Shown piece by piece: positions 18,330-24,000 of a stretch of DNA of 24,000 bases. The DNA is from Desulfarculaceae bacterium (GTDB lineage: Bacteria; Desulfobacterota; Desulfarculia; Desulfarculales; Desulfarculaceae): the NCBI GenBank assembly GCA_963675675.1, contig OY776512.1:6031966-6055965 (forward strand), written 5' to 3'. The notes beneath the pieces were generated by a model. The model ran no database searches. It saw only the letters and a program-made list of their open reading frames with translations, and was not told where the DNA came from. Each line of letters opens with the position of its first letter. Positions within the stretch are counted from its first letter, which is position 1. The position numbers and the translations under genes are program-made.

Positions 18330-18333
18330 GGGC

Positions 18334-18885
18334 TCAATCGCCGGGAGGCTTTTGGGGCGTGGCCGGATGAGGGAACATCGCCCGGTAGATCTTCTGCCAC
18401 CAATTGATGGCCTTGCCCTCAAAAAGCACCGCCTTGTGGGCCGCCAGCTTGGAAAGGTTCAAACTTGCGCCCCGCCACAGTATGGTGTGGTCGACTCCCG
18501 GGCTGCCCACCCGCAGAATAAAATCGCCCACCGGCTGGTGCATATCCACAATGGCCTCATAGGGGCCCTTCATGACCATGCGGCCCACGCCGGGCATCTT
18601 GCCCATGCCCGCCCCGAATTTCAGATAGCGCTCTTCCTCTATGAAGATGCGCCCTTTGCCGTCCAGACTGTGCACCTCCCATATGGGCGCGTTCTCCACC
18701 GAGTGCATGTAGTGCAATGTGAAGGTCTCGCCGGGAGCGAACAGCCCCACGAAGAGCGGTTCCCCCCCCTTCACGGGTGAAACCGTCAGTTCCGCTCCGC
18801 CTGATTTCACGAAGCCGATAAGAACAACGATGGCCAGCCCGGCGCTGATCATGGTCAGCAGCCGGGCGGCCTTTTTAGGTCTCAT
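18334..18885 (-). CDS. DUF1850-like small membrane-anchored protein, typical of TAXI-TRAP loci, 183 aa
   Basis: ORF track 18334..18885. It has an N-terminal anchor (LLTMISAGLAIVVLIGF). It sits between the TAXI binding protein and the fused permease, which is where DUF1850 genes are typically found. The family call rests on context and recollection, not on a motif I can verify. Confidence 0.65.
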   Translation of the reverse strand: MRPKKAARLLTMISAGLAIVVLIGFVKSGGAELTVSPVKGGEPLFVGLFAPGETFTLHYMHSVENAPIWEVHSLDGKGRIFIEEERYLKFGAGMGKMPGVGRMVMKGPYEAIVDMHQPVGDFILRVGSPGVDHTILWRGASLNLSKLAAHKAVLFEGKAINWWQKIYRAMFPHPATPQKPPGD

Positions 18886-18894
18886 AATTAAATC

Positions 18895-19863
18895 TTAGGG
18901 CATCAGCTTGGCTGGCACCTTGACGCCCTTTTCCTTCAAGTATTTGATGGTGCCGGGATGTAGCGGAATGGGTGAGTATTTCACCGCGTTTTCCGGGGTG
19001 GTGTAGGCCGCGCTGGGATGAATCTTCAAAAGATAATCCTGGTTTTCATAAAGCGCTTTGGCCAGCTTATAGACCAGGTCCTCTTTAAGGGATTTTTGGC
19101 AGATCATAACGTTCCACACCCCTATGGTGGGCACGGGTTTGTCCACCCCGCGGTAGACTCCGCCGCCAAGGGCCACAGAGGAATAGGTCTTGTTGGTGGA
19201 CAGCACCTTCTTCACCTGCTCGGGGGTGATGGTGATGATATGGATTTCATGGGTGGTGGCCAGGTCCAAAATGGAGCTGGTGCCGGGACCTACCGACCAA
19301 AAGCCCACATCTATGGTGCCGTCACGCAGGGCGTTGGCGGTCTCGGTGAAGCTCAAGCGGCTGTCTTTGTAGGACTTCAAATCCACCCCTATGGCCTTGA
19401 GGACCGCCTCGGACATGAAGTTGGTTCCCGACCCGGGGCTCCCGGTGCTCACCCTTTTACCCACCACCTGCTCCAGATTGGTGATGCCGCTCTTTTTGAG
19501 GGCCACCACCTGCAAGAGGTTGGGGTACATGACAGCCAGGGTGAGGATGTTGTGTTTTTTGCCCTTGAATTTGCTGAGCCCCTTGTAACCGGCCGCGGCC
19601 ACATCGCCCATGACCTCGCCGATTACGGTCTCGCCCTTGTGGGCCAGCTTCACGTTCTCCACCGAAGCGCCGGTCACCTCGGCCACTGCTTTGACCCCCT
19701 CGACATGCTTGGACCAGATTTCGGCCACGCCGCCGCCGTAGGGATAATAAATGCCGCCGGTGCCGCCGGTGCCCAGGGAAATAAACTCGGTGCGGGCCAG
19801 GGCGCTGGAAGCCAGGCCCAAGGCCAGGCAAATCACTAATATGGTTAACAGGCGTTTCATCAT
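18895..19863 (-). CDS. TAXI-family TRAP transporter solute-binding protein, 322 aa
   Basis: Signal peptide MMKRLLTILVICLALGLASSALA, then the TAXI signature SLGTGGTGGIYYPYGGGVAEIW. AGGAGG lies upstream of the tandem ATGs at 19863/19860. Confidence 0.9.
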   Translation of the reverse strand: MMKRLLTILVICLALGLASSALARTEFISLGTGGTGGIYYPYGGGVAEIWSKHVEGVKAVAEVTGASVENVKLAHKGETVIGEVMGDVAAAGYKGLSKFKGKKHNILTLAVMYPNLLQVVALKKSGITNLEQVVGKRVSTGSPGSGTNFMSEAVLKAIGVDLKSYKDSRLSFTETANALRDGTIDVGFWSVGPGTSSILDLATTHEIHIITITPEQVKKVLSTNKTYSSVALGGGVYRGVDKPVPTIGVWNVMICQKSLKEDLVYKLAKALYENQDYLLKIHPSAAYTTPENAVKYSPIPLHPGTIKYLKEKGVKVPAKLMP

Positions 19864-19891
19864 TTACCTCCTGTGTCTTGCATTAATTCAG

Positions 19892-20338
19892 CTATTTGCT
19901 CATGGTTTTGACTATGAGGGTGACCTCTTTGGGCTTGGTGTCCTGGCCCTTGGCCGGATAGGAGAATGATGCGGTGGCTCCGGGTTTCATAAGACCCTTC
20001 TTGGTCGTACGGGGGATCAGGCCGCCCACGGCCTTTCCGCTGTCCAAAAAGATGTTGACCTTATAGCGCTGGTCTTCCTTGCTGATGTTTCTGAGGGTCA
20101 CCTTGAACCAAAGGGACTTCACACCGTCAAATTTCTTGAAACTGCATTCAAACCCTTCAAGCGCGGCTTCATCGGCAACCTGAACCTTAACCGAGTTTGC
20201 GCAAATCGCCCCTTCGGGCTGGGGCGATCCGATGACCGCCTGCGCAGCCTCTTTTACGCTGGCACAGCCCGCAAAACCAAAGGCTATACCCAGCACCAGC
20301 AGCATGATGCCTGTTATTCTGAGTTTGGCTCCCAACAT
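19892..20338 (-). CDS. Small lipoprotein of unknown function, 148 aa
   Basis: Signal peptide with a lipobox (LVLGIAFGFAGC). Strong SD GAGGAGGAGG (20341-20350). The mature part looks beta-rich (LWFKVTLRNISKEDQRYKVNIFLD). First gene of the cluster. No family recognised. Confidence 0.7.
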   Translation of the reverse strand: MLGAKLRITGIMLLVLGIAFGFAGCASVKEAAQAVIGSPQPEGAICANSVKVQVADEAALEGFECSFKKFDGVKSLWFKVTLRNISKEDQRYKVNIFLDSGKAVGGLIPRTTKKGLMKPGATASFSYPAKGQDTKPKEVTLIVKTMSK

Positions 20339-20427
20339 ACCTCCTCCTCACGGTTGAAGTTTTAAAAACCACAGCCCGGACGCCGCATGCGCGGCCTGGG
20401 CATTGAGTCCCAACAAGAGGGGCGGGA

Positions 20428-20457
20428 CCAGCCTTTAAAAACGGCTGGCACCCAGCC
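20428..20457 (-). promoter_or_regulatory. Three-segment alternative hairpin in the 5' leader of the lipoprotein/TAXI cluster
   Basis: Minus strand reads GGCTGG (20457-20452) gtg CCAGCC (20448-20443) GTTTTTAAA GGCTGG (20433-20428). The middle segment can pair with either flank. Pairing with the first gives a hairpin followed by U5, which is terminator-like. Pairing with the third buries the U-tract in the loop. Confidence 0.3.
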
Positions 20458-20692
20458 AAAGGGTGCAAGGGTGAAAAGCAGAAGCGTTAGTTAATAGCGT
20501 CATGGGCGTGTCAGAGTTGCATAGGTCTATGAACACATCCTGCCAATCCTGGTCCGGGACTGTCAACTACAACTTGCCCTTGAGAAGGCGGGGAGGGGAC
20601 GCCAAGCGGGAAATATCGAGTTTATGTGTAATTTATATTTAATATTTTCAGCTTATTATCTGTACTGAAAATTTATAGGGCACAGAAGGGCT

Positions 20693-20751
20693 GAAAAAGG
20701 CAAAAATCAGGCGGCCTCCGGAGGCCTCGTCTGCTGCGGCTCTCCGGAGGC
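20693..20751 (-). terminator. Terminator candidate downstream of gnd
   Basis: On the minus strand, GCCTCCGGAG (20751-20742) can pair with CTCCGGAGGC inside the palindrome GGCCTCCGGAGGCC (20726-20713). This is followed after a few nt by TTTTTGCCTTTTT (plus-strand A-runs at 20693-20706). Confidence 0.45.
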
Positions 20752-20783
20752 TCAGTTGATCCCGTATGCGGCTTAAGGACCAA

Positions 20784-22193
20784 CTAGGTCCACTGGCTGT
20801 GGAAGATTCCCTCCTTATCAACCCTGCGGTAGGTGTGGGCCCCGAAATAGTCCCGCTGGGCCTGGAGCAGGTTGGCCGGCAGGCTTGCGGAGCGATAGGA
20901 ATCATAATAGGCCAAGGAAGCGCTCATGGCGGGCAGCGGTATGCCCGCGCCGGCCGCCGCCGCCACCACCAGGCGCAGGCTTTCCTGACGGCTGTTCATG
21001 GCGTCCGCGAAGAAGGGAGCCAGCATGAGGTTGGCCAGATCGGGGTTTTCGCCAAAGGCCCGGCTCACGTCATCCAAGAAGCGGGCCCGGATGATGCAGC
21101 CCGCCCGCCATATTTTCGCGATGGCGGGGTAATCCAGGCCAAAGCCGTATTCCGCGTCAGCCGCCCGCAGCATGGCGAAGCCCTGGGCATAGGAGCATAT
21201 CTTGGCCGCGTAAAGCGCGTGGCCCACGGCCTGCACCATGGCTTGCCGGTCCTGGGTTACGGGGCGGCTGGGGCCCTTCAGCACCGGCTGGGCGGCCAGG
21301 CGCTCTTTTTTGTATGCGCTGATGATGCGGGACTCGACCGCTGCATTTATGGTGTGGGTCGGCGCGCCCAGGTCCATTGCTATCTGGGCGGTCCAGCGTC
21401 CGGTGCCCTTCTGGCCCGCTTGGTCCAGCACCACCTCGACCAGGGGCTTCCCGGTTTCCTCATCCATTTTGGTGAATATATCCGCCGTGATCTCAATCAG
21501 ATAGCTGGCCAGCTCCCCCTGGTTCCACCCGGCGAACACCTCATGCAGTTCCGGAGCCGACAGTCCCAGGCCGTCCTTCATGATGTGATAAGCCTCGGCG
21601 ATAAGCTGCATATCGCCATACTCGATTCCGTTATGCACCATCTTCACAAAATGTCCGGCCCCGCCGGAGCCCATGAAGGCCACGCAGGGTTCTCCGTCGC
21701 CGGCCTTGGCGGCAATGGCCCGGAGCAAGGCTTCCATGGGTTCATAGGCTTCCTTGTGGCCGCCCGGCATGATGGCCGGTCCCCATAGGGCGCCTTCTTC
21801 GCCGCCGCTGACCCCAATGCCCAGGTATTTGAATCCCTTGGCGCTCAGATCGTTCATGCGGCGGGTGGTGTCCGCAAAGTGCGAGTTGCCTCCGTCCATG
21901 ATCAGGTCGCCTTGCTCCAAGTGGGGCAGCAGGCTTTCAATCACCGCATCCACGGGGGCTCCGGCCTTCACCATCAAAAACACCTTGCGGGGGCGCTTGA
22001 GGGCTCCCACCAGCTCGGGCAAGCTGTAGGCCGCGGTCAAGCGGTCTTCCCGCCCCGGTCCGCTCATGAATTTACGGGTCTTTTCTTCGCTGCGGTTATA
22101 AACCATGACCTCAAACCCGTTGCGGGCCATGTTGCGGGCCAGATTTTGCCCCATTACAGCCAAACCGATCAGGGCGATATCTTTTTCAGCCAT
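20784..22193 (-). CDS. gnd: 6-phosphogluconate dehydrogenase, decarboxylating, 469 aa
   Basis: ORF track 20784..22193. The N-terminal Rossmann motif IALIGLAVMGQNLARNMARNGFEVMVYNRS and the stretches GGNSHFADT, GVSGGEEGA and HFVKMVHNGIEYGDMQLIAEAY are typical of Gnd. Confidence 0.93.
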   Translation of the reverse strand: MAEKDIALIGLAVMGQNLARNMARNGFEVMVYNRSEEKTRKFMSGPGREDRLTAAYSLPELVGALKRPRKVFLMVKAGAPVDAVIESLLPHLEQGDLIMDGGNSHFADTTRRMNDLSAKGFKYLGIGVSGGEEGALWGPAIMPGGHKEAYEPMEALLRAIAAKAGDGEPCVAFMGSGGAGHFVKMVHNGIEYGDMQLIAEAYHIMKDGLGLSAPELHEVFAGWNQGELASYLIEITADIFTKMDEETGKPLVEVVLDQAGQKGTGRWTAQIAMDLGAPTHTINAAVESRIISAYKKERLAAQPVLKGPSRPVTQDRQAMVQAVGHALYAAKICSYAQGFAMLRAADAEYGFGLDYPAIAKIWRAGCIIRARFLDDVSRAFGENPDLANLMLAPFFADAMNSRQESLRLVVAAAAGAGIPLPAMSASLAYYDSYRSASLPANLLQAQRDYFGAHTYRRVDKEGIFHSQWT

Positions 22194-22418
22194 TTAGGTA
22201 TGCCTCTCGTTCTAAGGGGTGAAAAGGTGCTGGCTTAATTATGCACCCATATCCAATTTATTCTAGCATCAAACCAGGCCATGCCCAGACCGCGCCCCGC
22301 TTGGGGACAATGTTTTTTCCGCTTTCTCCTTTTGGAGAAGGTTTTCATGTTCAAAAAAAATATGACCATTCCGGTTACTAAGCACATATGAAGGGCGGCG
22401 AATATCCACATTTTTAGT

Positions 22419-22433
22419 GGGCAGAATTTGCCC
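22419..22433. promoter_or_regulatory. Inverted repeat about 100 bp upstream of the sigma-54 promoter (possible enhancer-binding-protein site)
   Basis: GGGCA-gaatt-TGCCC (22419-22433). Position only; no cognate activator gene lies in the window. Confidence 0.2.
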
Positions 22434-22525
22434 CATGGCGCGGGTTGCGGCTGCTTTTTCCGGCCCGGTCCAAGGGCGATATTTGTAACTCTGTGAAAAG
22501 ACGTACTCTATTTAGATGGCTGTTC

Positions 22526-22541
22526 TGGCAAGTAAATTGCT
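22526..22541 (+). promoter_or_regulatory. Sigma-54 (-24/-12) type promoter
   Basis: TGGCAA-gtaaa-TTGCT (22526-22541) matches the TGGCAC-N5-TTGC(A/T) consensus in spacing and in the invariant GG and GC dinucleotides. It ends 24 nt upstream of the ATG at 22565. Confidence 0.55.
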
Positions 22542-22564
22542 TATTAAACCACCGGAATCCCATC

Positions 22565-24000
22565 ATGGAGTCGGACACAGTGTATGCGCCAGTAACAAAC
22601 ACCTCCCCGGTCACCGCGTACCTCACCCCAGACGGCACGCTGTTGGGGCGCAGCTCCCAAGGGGGGCCGGAGGAATTTCAGGCCGCCTTGAACCGGGCGT
22701 TGAATATGAGGTTCAATTTCAGCCAGTCGGGCAACACCTACCCCCTGGCCATGGGCTGGACCGCACCAAGTTTGAGCAGTCCTTATGGTTACGGCATGGG
22801 CAGCGGCTCCACGTATTCCATAAACCAGAGTTCATCTTTGACTTCCTCCTCCATGCTGGGCAGCGGCTCCAGCATGGGCTATGGCCTGGGCTATGGTTCG
22901 GCATACGGCCTGGGCTACGGCAGCGGCTCATACGGATACAATCCCCTTACCACCAGCGTGGGTTGGAAAGCCAGTCCCACGACAACGCCCTGGACCGGTT
23001 CGGTTCCGGCCTATTGGCTCAATTCTTCTTATGGGTACAGCGGCACCGGCCAGACCTCGGGGCCGGGCGACAACTTCGCCAATATAATGCCAACCACCCG
23101 GTCTTCGGGTGCAAGCTATTCATCGGTCAGCTCCTCCAGCCGGGTCAGCTCGGGAGAGCGGGTGGGCGACTCCTTGCCGGCGGGCGAATACGGATACCAG
23201 GAGGTGGGCGAGATCGACCGGGCCCCCATGGCCATGTTCGAGCACAACGGCGAGCTGCTGATCAGCGCCATAACCCGCAACGGCATGGATGAAACCCCCA
23301 TCTGGTCCTACAGCGAAAAGGACGGCGTTCAAAGGCGCGGCGCGCTGCCCGAACAGGCCGAGAGCGGGCACTACGGGTACAGCTTTGGCGACGGCTTCCA
23401 CCTGACTCCTGAATCTTGGGGCGGCTGCAAGGATTACGTGGCCTCCTCCCCGGATGGGCCATATATAGAGCAGGACTACACCTATCTGGTGCCCCATGAT
23501 TACAAAAATCTCAAGTGGGGATTTTCCTATATCAGCGAGGCCACCGGACGACAGTTCATGGGCTTTGGCAACGCGGGGCACTCCGGCATGGTCATCACCT
23601 ATGGAAACGGCGGGTGGCAGCTTTTTTCAGCCCCGGAAGACATGCGTTTCCCCACCGGCCTGGGGGTGGTCACCGGCGGCGCCAATGACGGCAAGGTGCT
23701 TGTCTCCAGTGCATACGGCGGCACCCGCATACATGAGGTGGACCAGGACGGCAACACCCGGCTGGTCACCACCTTTGACGGCTGGGGAGTGCTGCGGGCC
23801 GACCAAAACGCACGGCGTTTTTACACCACCACCGACCAAGGCAAGGTCTACTGGGCCTCTTTTGATGATCCGGATACTTGGAAAGAAGCCAAGTATCAAT
23901 CCCCATCCGGCAGCCTGGACAAGATCCAGGGCTTTGGCGAGCCCGCCATTCATCCCCAGACCGGCCGCATGATATTCCCGGCCATGAACCAGGGCTCCGG
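22565..24000 (+). CDS. Uncharacterised protein, 3'-truncated by the window end (at least 478 aa). The N-terminal part has a Gly/Ser/Tyr-rich low-complexity region and the C-terminal part looks beta-rich and repeat-like
   Basis: This ORF is absent from the supplied track because it has no stop codon in the window. Hand translation of the frame containing 22565 gives MESDTVYAPVTNTSPVTAYLTPDGTLLGRSSQGGPEEFQAALNRALNMRFNFSQSG...GYGLGYGSAYGLGYGSGSYGYNP...GEIDRAPMAMFEHNGELLISAITRNG...VITYGNGGWQLFSAPEDMRFPTGLGVVTGGANDGKVLVSSAYGGTRIHEVDQDGNTRLVTTFDGWGVLRADQNARRFYTTTDQGKVYWASF... with no stop through 24000. The in-frame stop upstream is at 22415-22417. The two listed ORFs in the other plus frames (22516..23292 and 23496..23972) are Arg/Pro/Gly-rich and look like off-frame artefacts. 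Confidence 0.75.
   Translation, partial: MESDTVYAPVTNTSPVTAYLTPDGTLLGRSSQGGPEEFQAALNRALNMRFNFSQSGNTYPLAMGWTAPSLSSPYGYGMGSGSTYSINQSSSLTSSSMLGSGSSMGYGLGYGSAYGLGYGSGSYGYNPLTTSVGWKASPTTTPWTGSVPAYWLNSSYGYSGTGQTSGPGDNFANIMPTTRSSGASYSSVSSSSRVSSGERVGDSLPAGEYGYQEVGEIDRAPMAMFEHNGELLISAITRNGMDETPIWSYSEKDGVQRRGALPEQAESGHYGYSFGDGFHLTPESWGGCKDYVASSPDGPYIEQDYTYLVPHDYKNLKWGFSYISEATGRQFMGFGNAGHSGMVITYGNGGWQLFSAPEDMRFPTGLGVVTGGANDGKVLVSSAYGGTRIHEVDQDGNTRLVTTFDGWGVLRADQNARRFYTTTDQGKVYWASFDDPDTWKEAKYQSPSGSLDKIQGFGEPAIHPQTGRMIFPAMNQGS

Noticed and set aside
17765-18403. A 212-aa minus-strand ORF spanning the permease N-terminus and the spacer
   Set aside because: It is Arg/Pro/Ser-rich and overlaps the clearly membrane-protein-coding frame, so it is judged spurious.
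22347-22391. A 14-codon mini-ORF (MFKKNMTIPVTKHI) with a GGAGAAGG SD in the gnd / unknown-gene intergenic region
   Set aside because: It is too short, has no associated structure or compositional bias, and lies upstream of the predicted sigma-54 promoter. It may be chance.
22516-23292. A listed 258-aa plus-strand ORF, together with 23496..23972
   Set aside because: Both are Arg/Pro/Gly/His-rich and look like off-frame translation. The third plus frame is open from 22565 to the window end and gives a coherent protein, so these two are shadows of it.
1-24000. Looked for CRISPR arrays, tRNA/rRNA genes, transposases, integrases, toxin-antitoxin pairs and defence-system-like genes
   Set aside because: I found no regularly spaced repeats, no cloverleaf-like or rRNA-like segments, and no ORF with recognisable recombinase or nuclease motifs in any frame.

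Overview
A 24-kb chromosomal window of roughly 55-60% GC by eye. The gene content fits an anaerobic sulfate-reducer-type (Desulfobacterota-like) genome, but that taxonomic placement is inference only. I saw no rRNA, tRNA, CRISPR array, transposase or integrase.

Contents in order:
- ilvD (1-1665, +).
- A roughly 2470-aa multi-sensor hybrid histidine kinase (1922-9331, +). It has three tandem periplasmic solute-binding domains, five PAS domains, a GAF domain, the kinase core, two receiver domains and an Hpt domain.
- A MaoC-like dehydratase (9337-9810, -).
- The mercury-methylation pair hgcA (10016-11131, +) and hgcB (11144-11470, +).
- A lower-GC stretch of about 0.7 kb with no long ORF, containing hairpin modules, direct repeats and a 21-bp palindrome (about 11471-12185).
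- A Phe/Tyr-rich 23-codon leader ORF plus a terminator, i.e. a candidate attenuator (12276-12440).
- The gene it precedes, an unusual DAHP synthase-prephenate dehydratase fusion (12523-14418, +).
- A minus-strand cluster (20338 down to 14886): lipoprotein, TAXI-type TRAP binding protein, DUF1850-like protein, a fused TRAP permease broken by a 1-nt frame shift at GGGGTTTTC, and an Ldh_2-family dehydrogenase.
- gnd (20784-22193, -).
- An open-ended ORF missing from the supplied ORF track (22565 to beyond 24000, +). It sits behind a sigma-54-type promoter and encodes a protein with a Gly/Ser/Tyr-rich low-complexity region.

The most notable items are the hgcAB pair and its odd downstream spacer, the aromatic-amino-acid leader-peptide attenuator with its fusion enzyme, the orphan TAXI-TRAP/Ldh_2 cluster with a structured leader and a frameshifted permease, and the sigma-54-driven G/S/Y-rich protein. 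All family assignments come from motif recognition by eye. No database search was run.
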